DNA from: Octopus vulgaris
Lineage: Eukaryota
Direction of reading: 5' to 3'
Assembly: GCA_951406725.2 (NCBI GenBank)
Contig: OX597837.1
Span: 12,524,001-12,588,000, forward strand
DNA: 64,000 nucleotides
How positions within the stretch are numbered: the first letter of the stretch is position 1; every line of letters starts with the position of its first letter. Shown here in pieces: positions 15,626 to 28,279 of this stretch. The notes beneath the pieces were generated by a model. It saw only the letters and a program-made list of their open reading frames with translations. It had not been told where the DNA came from and did no database searches. The translations under genes and the position numbers were made by a program.

Positions 15626-16550
15626 GTAACGTGTAAAATCATGTCACAAATATATTTGAAAGTTTTCATTAGTGGCCGAACCATGCACTGCAAAACTCAT
15701 TCAGAAAAAAGAAATTTAATCAGGTGAGGGTGAAAATAAGAAGGAGATGAACTCATAGCACCTCATAGTCACGACATTAATCTCCGTATTACTCTCCTGA
15801 TTTTATATCTGCTCTGAATGACCAGGTCACTGCAGCTGCATATAAAATAGAGCGAGAAACAGGCACTTATTCATTTTAATTGACAAGCTGAATCCGTTTG
15901 GTTAACATCGAGAAATTGAAGACACCTTTGCAAAACTCATCTCACATTTGAATCAAGTACACATCAGATAATTTTCTTTTTATGTTGCATATTGAGTATT
16001 AAAGAAACGAAAGATTTCACCAAAGAATTCATACAGTTGTATCCATTGTAAAAAATTTAGACGCAAGCAATTATCCATTGGAGCCGGTCAACTCAGAGGT
16101 GCAGCGGAAACGAATTGTTCCACGTAAAATTGTAAGTCTATTTTTTTGCTCACTACCAAAATCTCACATTCAATCTCCATGCACTAAGTATTCTGTCTCT
16201 TTTTCTCTGTGTGGTAAGCAAGCTACTTACCACACAGCCACTATAACGCCTAATAACATATGCAATTATTAGAGATATTTGCGGATTAATACATTAATAT
16301 TAATATACTATTTTTATAGATATACACATACATATATGTTCATTTATGATCATACATTTTTATATTTATATTAATAACCTATTAGATGTTTTACCTTAAT
16401 ATACAATTCCAATTTTCTCCTAACTTAACCATATTACCGTTTTTAAAAATTTATGAACCTTTATTATGCATAAGTAAGATTAATTTATTTTCTTTTACTT
16501 AAGTGTGTCCAGTTGTATTACAAAATAGATAAATATACTATAGATAGATA

Positions 16551-16909
16551 CTGGTAGAATGTGTTTATAAAACATCTTTTTCTCGTGGCTTTATTGAGAA
16601 AATTCTATAGTTTGTAAGATATTTGTTGTTTTTTTTCTTCAATTTCTGCAATTTCAACCAATCGATGACGTCTATTGAGGTGAAAACATTCTGTGCCGTA
16701 TGAATATGTCCCTCGTTTAAGAAGCAGATTGGGTTTATTTACATTTCAGAAGAAAAAAGATACCCTTCCCCCCACCCCAACTCTAACCCTAACTAATCCT
16801 AACCCTAAAACTGATTGAAATGCAATAGATCGATACTAGGGTGATAATTATGGGTGACAATTTCATATGACACCGCTAGAAAAAACTGCCGTTCAAACCG
16901 AAAAGATCC
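16551..16909. repeat. Interspersed repeat with internal degenerate telomere-like (CCCTAA)n; copies at 33924-34283 and 54312-54671
   Basis: ctctaaccctaactaatcctaaccctaa at 16781-16808; small terminal hairpin; class uncertain. Confidence 0.5.
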
Positions 16910-17169
16910 ACATTTATTAATGGATAGAATATTCAAATTTGAGTAAATAGTAACACATATAAGCGATTAAATATGATTCGATAAACACATATACATGAAT
17001 ATTCATTAGTATCGACTAACAAGTCAATAGAAATTATAAAACTCTACCGGTTTGTATATCATTTATTATTTATTGTGTATTTTTCTAATTTATATATTTT
17101 ATTTCATTTTATTTACTATATTTTCTTTACTATATTTTATTACATAATAAAAGTGTCTTCTGTTATAGC

Positions 17170-17261
17170 CTTTCTGGGAAAGTGTCTTCTGTTATAGCCT
17201 CGGGCTGACCAAAGCCTTGTGAATGGATTTGGTAGACGTAAACTGAAGGAAGCCCGTCGTA

Positions 17262-17354
<93 letters not shown>

Positions 17355-17490
17355 TTGTCCCCTCAACATCGCTTGACAACCGCTGCTGGTGTGTTTATGT
17401 CCCCGTAAATGAATAAGTCCTGGGGTCGATTTCCTCAAATAAATGCGGTGCTCCAGCATGGCCGCAGTCAAATGACTGAAACAAGTAAAA
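17170..17490 (+). mobile_element. 5'-truncated tRNA-derived SINE
   Basis: Same family as 12541; longer versions at 32845-33232 and 53296-53660. Confidence 0.8.
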
Positions 17491-17964
17491 GCGTAACCAA
17501 ATACATACACACAATATATATGAAATAACATCTTAAACTTCTTTAGTTGTGGAGTCGAATTCCTTAAAGAAAGATGTAACCTTCGTCATTATTAAAACAA
17601 AAACCCTGAAGAGATTCTACCCCTGACAGCTTAAATTCTTTACCTTGGATTTAATCCAAATGCTTCGAATTATTAATTACGTAGGGGCCAGAATCGAAAT
17701 ATATGTAGTTATTTTGAGTCTTCTATTGTGTTTTGAAAAGTTTATTTGTATTTTTATCTTAGAAACAAACTTTGTTGCAAATAAATTAACGACACACCAT
17801 CAACTCTCCAATTTTTTACATTATTAATTTTACCTATTATAATAATCCATTGTGTCCTAGCATATTTGCTGCTTCTTTTTATTTTCCACTTGACAAATAT
17901 CCGTCAATTGTAAATAACGTACATAATTCCTCATCTCTTAAATATAGAACTGCATACATAGTTC

Positions 17965-18190
17965 GTACAACAATGTTGTGATCTGAGAATGCCGTTGGTG
18001 CCACCTTCACATTACAGATAAAGTCCACATTATCTATGAAGCATAGGTCCAATGTTGTTTCCCCTGGTTGGGCTGAGCAGAAATTGCTCCCTGCACAGCT
18101 CATTAATAAGTTGAAATAATGACTCTACATGCTTTTGTTCATGCTGCGACATCCCAGAGAGGATGTGGCCTTCTGGCCATTTAAATTATA
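17965..18190 (-). mobile_element. LINE AP-endonuclease C-terminal fragment
   Basis: TTLDLCFIDNVDFICNVKVAPTAFSDHNIV matches the LD...SDH motifs of non-LTR endonucleases. Mirror at 52600-52820. Confidence 0.7.
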
Positions 18191-19214
18191 TATTAACTAC
18201 TATTGATTTCTTGTATCGATGCAGGGTCACAGAATTTAGAAAATGCGGAACCGGAAAATTCTTGCCTGAACCAAGAACGTAAATAAGACGCAGAAATTAC
18301 TCCAACGACTTTATTTCTCAACTTCACCAAGTCTATCCACCAGACTTTCACTGATATTCGTCACTGAACAATATTTCCTAAAGCTGGATCTTCAGTTTCT
18401 GAATGATTTTAAATGCATGTTGTGCATTGTATGGAATTACTCAACCTGAACTCAAAACTATATTGTAAACGAAAATAAACAGAATAATTCAGCTAAATAA
18501 TCAAACAAGTCAAATAATACATATCCCATTGCAAAACATAGTTTTCAAGGAATTTACTATCATTCTGTATAGTAGACTCCGATTTGCAAGAAATCTTGTT
18601 TAACAAAATTCCACAGAAAACTGAACAGACATCTTACCATAAACAGTCGTTCAGAATATATCTTTCAGCTGTTTCTTAAATACGTGTGAGACCTTTTATC
18701 GACAGTAGACAGTTGAGTGCGGTATTACTGCCTTTTCCAAACGTTACAGATTATAGCAAAATACCAGATCCTAGTCACAACTCTGAACTTTCACATTTAT
18801 CGTATTTCTTCTTCGTTTACTTGACTTTGCGTGGTGTTTCCTATTTCTAAATAAACGGGAACAGAAGTAATTTACGGAAACAATTTGAACCAACGTTTAT
18901 CGATTCATGGTTTTACATTCATTGATAAAAGTCGTCCAATCTTATCTATAATCCGTTGTACCAACTTTCTCTGAAATATGAAGACACCAAACACGTCCTC
19001 ACCATAATCTCCAGTGATCATAATCCATCCAGTCTAATCTACATTTAATACCAAACGAGAATAATTTATTTATGAAATCAAGCTGAACAAAAGAAACAAA
19101 TACGTTCTTAAAATTGCAGCTGACTTTTGAAGACTTAAATAATTCGGTAATTAATATACTTTCGAAAATAAATCAAAATATTGTGAGAATCGGTAGAAAT
19201 CGAAGTTATAGAAA

Positions 19215-20678
19215 ATGAATAGATTTATCAATTATCTTAAGCGTTATCTTTCATGTCGATGGAGACTAAGCTATTCCTGTGCCATTGCTTTTCTTTTGAT
19301 GCAAACATTAAGAGTTGATCTAAGCATGGCTTTTGTCTGCATGTTAAAAGCACGCAATCTTACAACTAAGGGCGTTAACGTTACTGCTGATAACCAACAT
19401 TGTTCTGATTTTGGTAATGATTCAATAAATCGGAATTTTGATGGAGAATTCGAATGGAGCGACACGTTACAAGCAAACATGTTGGCTGGGTATTTCTATG
19501 GGTATATAGGGACTAATATTTTGGGTGGAATTTTAGCAGATAAATATGGTGGAAAAAGAGTTCTCGGAATTTCACTTCTCTTAGCATCCATCTTGGCCAT
19601 TCTTCACCCAAGTTTATCGCGAATTAGTGGTTATTTTACGCTTGTTCTAAGGATATTAACAGGAGTGGTATCAGGACCGATATTCCCATCAGTTCAGTCC
19701 TTGTTTGGACGTTGGGCCCCTCCAAAGGAACTTAGTTCATTGATTGGGTTTGCATTTGGTGGCCAACATTTAGGTACTGTTGTATGTCTTTCAATATCTG
19801 GTCTTCTTTGTGTTTATGGCTTTGATAACAGATGGGGATCGATATTCTATATATTCGGTGGGATATCATTGCTGTTTAGTTGTTTGTGGTTTTATGTTGT
19901 TTATGACAATCCAGACGTCCACCCCACTATCAGCAAAGAAGAACTTTCTTATCTAAACAGAACTATAAAGAGTGAAAAAGTAGTTAAAAATGTACCATGG
20001 AGACAACTGCTTTCTTCACCTGCAGTTTGGGCCATTAACTTTGGCTGGTTCGCTCATAGTTGGACAGATTTGTCCTTCCAAGTGTTGCTACCAATATATG
20101 TGAAGGATGCCTTAAACGTTGATGCAACCTCAAACGGTTTAATGTCATCTGCCCCAGCGCTTGGACAAGCGATTGCTCTACCATTGTGTGGAAAATTTGC
20201 TGATATTTTACGTTTAAAGAAATATATGTCAACTCGTTCTGTTCGAGTTGTATTCCAAACCATTGCTCTAATTAGTTCAGCATGTCTATTGATTGGCATA
20301 GGATTCCTCGAATGTGATCAAACCATTGTAATAACTATCATGTTGTTTTTCAGTGGTATATCCCTATCATTTTCTAGTGGCGGTTCAATCGTGAGCAACG
20401 GTGACATTGCCCCAAGTTATGCTGGTATTATATTTGGAATTGCCAACGCTTTTGGAACAGTAGCCGGTAGTATTGGTACGGTGTCTGCAAAAGCTCTCAC
20501 CCCAAACGGTACGCAACGAGAATGGCAGATAGTGTTTGCCTTGTATGCTGCTGTATGTGTAGCTGGTGCAATAGTGTTTGCGATATTGGCCAGAGGAGAA
20601 GTCCAAGATTGGGCACGTATAGAGGAAACTGATTCGTCTAATAAACCCCAAACCATAGATATTAGCGTAATATCTTAG
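19215..20678 (+). CDS. SLC17/sialin-like MFS organic anion transporter, 487 aa, single coding exon
   Basis: Intact ORF with SLC17 motifs LRVDLSMAFVCM, FEWS, GYFYGY, GGILADKYGGKRV, WAPPKE, W.SIFYIFG, HPTISKEE, VPW..LLSSPAVWA, DIAPSYAG, EWQIVF, GEVQDWA. Confidence 0.96.
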   Translation: MNRFINYLKRYLSCRWRLSYSCAIAFLLMQTLRVDLSMAFVCMLKARNLTTKGVNVTADNQHCSDFGNDSINRNFDGEFEWSDTLQANMLAGYFYGYIGTNILGGILADKYGGKRVLGISLLLASILAILHPSLSRISGYFTLVLRILTGVVSGPIFPSVQSLFGRWAPPKELSSLIGFAFGGQHLGTVVCLSISGLLCVYGFDNRWGSIFYIFGGISLLFSCLWFYVVYDNPDVHPTISKEELSYLNRTIKSEKVVKNVPWRQLLSSPAVWAINFGWFAHSWTDLSFQVLLPIYVKDALNVDATSNGLMSSAPALGQAIALPLCGKFADILRLKKYMSTRSVRVVFQTIALISSACLLIGIGFLECDQTIVITIMLFFSGISLSFSSGGSIVSNGDIAPSYAGIIFGIANAFGTVAGSIGTVSAKALTPNGTQREWQIVFALYAAVCVAGAIVFAILARGEVQDWARIEETDSSNKPQTIDISVIS

Positions 20679-20899
20679 CAAGGGTGCACATGACTGTATA
20701 ACTTATAAGTTTCTGTAAATATTTTAGTGTGTCTGGGGAGGGCCATTCTGTTTTAATGCCTTATTGACTAACACACTCACCGCTTCGGTTTCCACTCATT
20801 TACTTATTTGTTTTTCAAAATTTTCGTCGCCTCTTGCAAGCTCTTCAATAGTCGTTGACTCTGTCCGTTACTGGACCGGCGTTTTGTTTCTTGATCATG

Positions 20900-22645
20900 T
20901 AAATATGTTTGCGTGTGTCAAAAATGTGGTCCACCTCATTGAAGGGGCAATATACGAATTCTAGTCGGGACACACTTTTGTCATAAAAAATAACTTCACT
21001 TGCGCATCAAAGAATTTATTTTATGCCATAATGTGTGGAGGGTGCCACAAAGATTACATAGGGCAAGCGAGCCGTACTCTCAGAGAAAGGATTACAGTTC
21101 ACCGCCAACAATTGAGGGATCCCACCACAAGACAGATACTACTTAGTGGGCACTTAGATCTCTGTGCATACAAAAAGTTTTCCCACTATACCAATGCCCG
21201 GACAACACCACTGACTAAACACGAATAAATAGGGAAAATAATCTTATTCAAAAATACAGACCGCAACTCAACATAATCTAACATACCCTCAGGTACACAT
21301 CCAAAACAAACACAAACAGAAACACATACAGATATACAAAATCACACACAAAATCAAAAAACAATGCAAACCTCCGACACACAAAAACAATCTAACACAT
21401 AAGCATATACACATACATATGCACCCTCATACACACATACGGTTGCTCATACACACACACATAGGGACGTGCACAGAGACACACACACTCACACCATTCT
21501 GACTTTAAAGACCATTCTCAAAAACCATTGAACCATGACAGACTGGCCCAGAAACAAAAAATCCTTTTAATTCAACATTGCTTTTCCTTCCTCCCACCCC
21601 AACCAAACTCCCACACTGTCCCTTAAAAGAGCAAACAATCCTTAGCTACTCACGAGATAAAACATGCCAGAAAGACAGGTTGCTTCTTCTCGAATTCTTT
21701 ATAAACTCTTAAATATATCTCCTTCTGTGTATATATGTACTACCAAACAAACAAACATGATTTTCACTGAACTCCTAATACTTTTTCTGTGAATGTAAAT
21801 ATATACAACCAAATAAATCTGATTTTATTGAACTCCTAATACGCTTTGTTGAATATTTTCTTAAATACTTTCTTGTAAACTACTTTTAACGTTTTCTTAT
21901 TATTATCAAAGAATGTATATATGTATTTTAATACTTTTGTGACAAACAGTACTTAACACAACAAAGTTTATACAAGTCTTGCTGTGCATTTCCACCAACA
22001 ATTCACAAAAGGTTGAGGCTTAAATCATTTTCCGAAATATTCCGACAGGCTGAACCAGATCTTCCAAACACATACCATCACAAAGGACAAATGATATTCC
22101 AAATCAATGAATATTTGTAACAAATGTCAAACGTCGCATAATAACAAGAGGATAGGCATAAAAAGAACCAAATGTTGTATACCTGACAGAAAGATCCGTT
22201 TCCAACAGTAGCAAATTTTCACAATGAGAAGTAGCCTTCTCTATGCATTTGAAAATTTAATGTATAGAATTACATGGTCAGAATGCCGAAGCACCTACAT
22301 TGCTAGAAATAAGAGTTAAAATACTCACTCAAAATAAGAGTTAAAATACTCACTCAAAATAAGAGTATATGTATATTTTATATATTTTAATAAATTGTAT
22401 TCAAGACAAATTCTACTGATGACCTATGGATATGTTATGTAAGTAAAATTGCATAATACATTAATAGCGAAACAATTGTCTTGAGTTAATCTACATTTTT
22501 GTTATTTTTCATTTGCCCTGCTCGTTTACGTGAAATGTTGTGCTGATTCTCCTTGGAAACAATTTTTTAGTGGTTGATACCATAGCGGATCTATTCTTAG
22601 CGCAAGAGTCAACCATATAGTGGTCACTCTCTTATATTTGTGTAT
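20900..22645 (+). mobile_element. 5'-truncated Penelope-like retroelement with terminal hammerhead
   Basis: NFTCASKNLFYAIMCGGCHKDYIGQASRTLRERITVHRQQL (20990-21120) is a GIY-YIG domain; hammerhead at 22411-22485. Mirror at about 48170-49880. Confidence 0.85.
22411..22485 (+). ncRNA. Type I hammerhead ribozyme motif
   Basis: ttcta-CTGATGA-cctat..atagc-GAAA-caattg-TC-ttgag. Mirror at 48325-48399 (-). Confidence 0.65.
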
Positions 22646-23310
22646 ATTTTATAAATATTTAGCAGAAGTAACCGAATGACTCATGATGCGAGAGTTTCGT
22701 GCGTTGACTCTTAGCAAAATAGTCACGTGTGGAAGTCTGTGAGTTTATATAGATAGGTCGGTTGGTCGGTCGCTAGGTAGGTAGGTAGTTTCCGTACATT
22801 CGTAGCTAGCTTGCTAGCGAGAAAATATTTGCGTAAAAGAATATGTTGCTTCTTCATTGCAAACGTTGGTTACGGTAAGTCCATAACAACTATTTGGATT
22901 TGACAATATATGAACTAAACACTATTTGATATTTATATTATGGTTATGTGGCATGTGATAATAACCATTTGAACTCAATATTTATCATAGTTTACGTATG
23001 ATAATATATCACAGTAAAGTGGCGAGCAGGCAGAATCGTCAGCAAATTTTTCGTCCATCTTTACGCTCTGAAGGCGGCGGCCACCGCGGGGCTGCCGGCG
23101 GCTTTGACGGAAGAATGAAAGAAGCCCGGGCAAAAAGCGGGAGTAACTCCGACTCTCGCTAGAGTAGCAAGTAGTCAGTCGGTCAGTCGTACTAGTTGGA
23201 AGCAGCTACGATCGAGAGCACGAGTGTGTTTGTCCGTATGTTATTGATGAGGCGGGGTTAAATATGGGTTTTATCCCCTCGGGGTAGATAAAGCACAATT
23301 TTTCGATGTT

Positions 23311-23572
23311 ATGGCCTAGTGGTTAAGAGCACGGGCTACTAACCTCAAGATTCCGATTTCGATTCCAGGCAGTGACATGAACAACAACAACAACAACAAC
23401 ATCGAAAAATACCTTGAGAATGAGAACCCAGGTTCGAAATTTCCCAATGACACCTGATGAAATTTGGAGGGTATATCAGCCGAAACGTTGTGTTAACAAC
23501 AAACAAGATGAGGACAAATATTCATCAAATATAAATAATGCACATAATTCCTCACCTCTTAACTATAGAACT
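23311..23572 (+). mobile_element. tRNA-like head + (CAA)n + hammerhead-bearing repeat
   Basis: tggcctagtggttaag (A box)...gatttcgattcc (B box), then gacac-CTGATGA..cagcc-GAAA-cg-TT-gtgtt at 23449-23494. Mirror at 46930-47188. Confidence 0.65.
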
Positions 23573-24321
23573 GAATGAAATTGACCTAGACTGGAAATGA
23601 TATGATGCACATGGATTTAAATATCGTGGTTGTCACGACACACATATAATGAATAGTCATTAATTTCGTATATACACCCATTGATCAAGTTACAGCATTT
23701 GCAAATATCTTTAAAAACAATAAGATATTTACTGTTTCTCATGATCTAACCGATTGGTTGACCGCAAGAAACCACCAACAACCTACATGTGAAATTTTAT
23801 ACTAGAAACAAACGCTAATTGAATTAGCCTGTGGATATTAGGTTGAAAAAAATCTTAGCTACTGAATTCGCATCATTTCTGATAATTTGGACAGATGGAC
23901 TTTATGCAGTGGAGTTCAGTAACCAAGACGTCCAGAGGCAAATAAATATTTCGTGTACAGTTGTAAGTTTTATGTACTAAATATTGTGTGTATGTGAATG
24001 TGTGTATGTGAATGTGTGTGATGTCTAAAGTGTTTGACGTGGTCTACAGATAAGTGGTGTACATACGTGATCTCACAACTTCTGGATACAACGTTGGACT
24101 CTACTCTTTTACTTTTTTACTTTGTTACTTTTTTAGTTCTTACCATAATGGACTCTCAGATGAAGCTTTGGGGTTCAATTTTTGCATAATTTTTGTATGA
24201 TGTGTCAACTTTGGTATACCGTACCCCTAAGCCAGAAACAGCTGGTAGAGTAGAGTTGCATTTATTTATTCATTCATTGATGGTGTTTCTCAATTGAATA
24301 TCTTCCCCATTTTCTTCCTTG

Positions 24322-24402
<81 letters not shown>

Positions 24403-24599
24403 TTCAGCAAAATTTAGATTCAAATGAATATGGTACTTAAGCTGGATGCACCAGAATTTTGTATGGTGTTATCCATATAAATGGCTGATGATTGCTCAAC
24501 ATTTTAAAACTGTTGTTATACTCACAATATTTAATAAAATGATGTAGCGTGAAACGATCGTTCCAAATTACCGAAGATATTCTTGTTGCTTATATTGAG

Positions 24600-24666
<67 letters not shown>

Positions 24667-24824
24667 TGAGGTAATAAGGGGTAATGGTGTCATTGAGACC
24701 CGAAGGTGTAAGGTGATGCTGATTAAGTGCTATAGACAGACCATAGTTAAGTTCCAGGTTCTATGATTTTGCGAATGAGGGGTTCAACGGTGGTCATATT
24801 TCAGCGTTTGTATATAAGAATTTT

Positions 24825-25130
24825 TTGCGTAATGAGATAAAAAGCCAAGGCTGTGTAGATATTAGAACATTTATAGGTAGAAGGTCTTACAGCTGTTTCC
24901 AGGATATTTATTAATCATATCCCTTCATCGGAGACGGTGTGAGAGGATGCTTAAGTAATAGTTAATAATCTGTTTTGTATCATATCTGAATTAACTATTA
25001 CTTAACCATCCACTCACACCGTCTCCGATGAAGGGATATTATTAATAAATATCCTGGAAACAGGTGTAAGACCTATCTATAAATGTTCTAATATCTACAC
25101 AGCCTTGGTTTTTTATCTCATTACGCAAAA
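24825..25130. ncRNA. Inverted repeat carrying two divergent hammerhead motifs (24884-24935 -, 25021-25072 +)
   Basis: gtct-CCGATGA-agggatat..atatcctg-GAAA-cagctg-TA-agac. Mirrors at 44841-44892 and 44978-45029. Confidence 0.75.
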
Positions 25131-25178
25131 AATGTTATATATATATACATATATCTATGCATTTATATATCTCTATCT

Positions 25179-25266
<88 letters not shown>

Positions 25267-25289
25267 ATGTATATAAGTCTATATATACA

Positions 25290-25322
<33 letters not shown>

Positions 25323-26205
25323 ATATATATATATAATATATATATGTATGTATTTATATATGTATATATATGTATATAAACACAAAACAGAATGAAAAAG
25401 TGCACATGATTTGTATTGTATGGTTAAAAAATATATTTAAATCGTCATATTAGGAAAATGTTATAATTTTTTTGCATAATGACATTGTTTTGGGAGAAAG
25501 AACTGGTATCGCATTTTCTTTTCAAATTTCTCGCATTTCTTTACCGTTGGTGTGTCGTCTATTCCCTATGGTGTTATGTAGAAGAGTTTGAAACGGGGGA
25601 GGGATTTTTTTCGGTATAAGTCAGGGATTTTTTTCGGTATAAGGGAGATAATCAAAAATGTTTGGAATGATTAGGTTTTGTTAATTGAACATGATTTGGT
25701 TTTTGATAGAATAAAACTGTTAGAAATGGTCAAGTTTTGGTTTATATTTTTCAATGAGGTAAGTGTAAGTCTTTATCCCTCTACGTTGTTTTGGGCTAAT
25801 ATCTACTTTCGGGATGTATTGTATTACTATTCAGTCAGCAGTGAAACCGCGTCTTTTCAGTAATGTAATCCGTGAACAATGCAATGCTGTGACACCGTAT
25901 CTGTTTACAGTAATTTGAGAATGTTATTCGCATTCAAATTCACGTGACGTACATGACGCTTGAAAGGCTTTTGTATGTAGGTTGTACTTTCTCATGTAAA
26001 CACAAACATACTAAGCAGTATACTAAATGATTTCTATATGTAACTATCATGTTCTATTGCCTCAGCAAGGCATATTATATTATTTTTAAGGTTGTTTTTA
26101 CAGATATTCTATAGAACTGAAGCCAGCACTGATTTTTGATACGACGTTTCGTATCGAAACGTCAGATGTAAACAAGCAATGAGATCGAAGGCAAAAGTGG
26201 GTAAT

Positions 26206-26252
26206 GAGTGTTTATGCAATATTTCGAGGGCTATTGCCCTTCTTCAGCACTC
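26206..26252 (-). ncRNA. Degenerate hammerhead motif
   Basis: gagtg-CTGAAGA-agggc aata gccct-c-GAAA-tattgcata-AA-cactc; the cleavage-site U is lost. Mirror at 43724-43770. Confidence 0.55.
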
Positions 26253-26395
26253 ATCTAACCCACGACGGCCTTCGAACACGTTGCTTATATAGCTACTGCA
26301 TACAGCAGTGTTGTTATTGGATATACCAATTTGCATATTAGACGCATTTTGGAACCGGAATGTAAACACTAAAGGCTTTTATAGGGACGTGTTTC

Positions 26396-26476
<81 letters not shown>

Positions 26477-27046
26477 CATAACGTAGGCTGCTGTTTAATG
26501 AAGCTCACTTTTGAGTCAAGATTATTGTTGTATCCACTGAACCGCAAAAGTAATGCGCTGTTTCTAAATGTCATTTTTATATTCTTTTATTCGTTTATTC
26601 TTTTACTTGTTTCAGTCATTTGACTGCGGCCATGCTGGAGCACCGCCTTTAATCGAGCAACTCGACCCCGGGACTTATTCTTTTCCACCGCTGTTTAGCC
26701 CTAGGAAGCATCGTCTCTTGTGTCAAGGCCGACAGGAAGCTTCGATGCTTCCTAGGGCTAAACAACGGTGGTGTAATTCCCTTACAGGACTGTCACGTTA
26801 AGTTGACTGTATACAACCACTCCTTACTTTATTCTTTAAAAAATCATAACTTATACATACATATAGAAATAATATGTATATATGTGTGTCTGTGTAGTAG
26901 TAGTAGTAGTCGTAGTCCATCGGTGTCTAGAGACTATTGACCTGCACCTGACGAAAGCGTGTCAGCTGCTGACGCAGGTACAGTGTTCGCTGTGGCTATA
27001 GAGTTCCATGCTGGGTGGCAGTCACACTTCGGTGATTGCATGTATA

Positions 27047-27078
27047 TCGGCCTTTTGGCTAAGATCAAAGTGTAGTAT
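27047..27078 (+). pseudogene. U2: U2 snRNA 5' fragment
   Basis: tcggccttttggctaagatcaaagtgtagtat equals U2 nt ~9-40, including the GUAGUA branch-point recognition sequence. Confidence 0.85.
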
Positions 27079-27480
27079 ATAGCGTTCTAACTAATTTTTC
27101 CACCGTCTAGGCCTAAAAAAGCCCTTATTGTTGGTTCCCTGTCCTGTTATTCTTTATTTGTACTGTTCTTTTCTACTGTTTTTTCTTCATTTGTATTGCT
27201 TTTACGTCCTGTTCTTGTCACTTGGTTTACCCCTCTGCAAAAGAATTTTATTTAATTTCTCTTGCAGGAAGGACTGCTTCGGCCAGGCCGTGTTCTGCCC
27301 TTACCTTCGAAACACGCATTGAGTCGAACCAGGGGCAGCTGGTGAAGAGTAATTTTCCTTGTATTGTTTGTCCTGTACTCTGTTTTTTCGTTGTTAAAAA
27401 AAGTCCGTTTCCTTGTTTGATTTTATGTTTTCGTTTCTCGTTGTGTTCTACGTTTATGTGTGGTGTCTTGTACTCATATA

Positions 27481-27993
27481 TCTATATATATAAAACTGTA
27501 GTTGTGTGAGTGTCTGTCCCCTTCGATTTAGATTCCTAACTACTCCCACATTTTGCGGTGCAGTTTAACCAAATTCGGGTATCTTATAGTCGTGATTCAT
27601 ATCAAGCCCGTCTGAGTATTAGCGCGCGTCTACAATGAGTCTACGATTTTAAAAATAATTTAACATCATTTTTTATTCCATTTTAATTCATAATTTTTCG
27701 TGTGTTGATGGCGGCGAAGTTGGCGTCCATGGTCACACCTGCACCTGTTTGCTTCTCCCCCTTCTTCCCTCCCTCGTGAAGCTGTGGGGAAGGGAGTGTA
27801 AGGAAATCAACGTCGTAAAGCGTTGTCAAGGAGACCAGCGTTCTTTTAGAACAACGACTTCATGGCTTGAAGACACCAAAACAGAAATGGCTAAGAAAGC
27901 CCGAATTGGCATCTAAAAGGGAAGTAACTCTCTAAAAATGCTTATATAGTTATTTCCCTTACAAACCCGAGCAACGACAGGCGATACTGCTAG
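27481..27993 (+). mobile_element. Non-autonomous Helitron, left arm only
   Basis: A|TC...cccgagcaacgacagg...CTAG|T. Empty site in the right arm at about 38824-38839. Confidence 0.85.
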
Positions 27994-28279
27994 TATATAT
28001 ATATATATATATATATGCATGTATATATACATATAGATGCAAGTGTGTACATATATGTAAGTACATATAAATATATTTTATTTATTTATTACATTGTTAT
28101 TATATATATATATATCACGTGATCACGTGACCGACCAGACCATCAGATGTTGCTACACATCGCTGGTCACAAAAACTACAGACCCACCCGGCAACCCGAT
28201 TGACGACACCACACCCACTAAAACCCCCCACCCCCACCGTTCCTTCAGCACCCCCAATTACCTTCTCTCCTAAGACTAT

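Noticed and set aside
16781-16808. Interstitial telomere or chromosome fusion site
   Set aside because: Only 4-5 degenerate units inside an interspersed repeat.
20035-20681. Antisense ORFs overlapping the SLC17 gene (and their mirrors at 50108-50751)
   Set aside because: Shadow frames of the real CDS.
23311-23378. Possible tRNA genes here and at 9640-9710, 59170-59240
   Set aside because: No complete cloverleaf or acceptor stem; they continue into repeat bodies, so they are SINE-type heads.
26128-26168. Hairpin followed by GAAAcgTC resembling a hammerhead
   Set aside because: The upstream core reads CTGATTT and stem I is not convincing.
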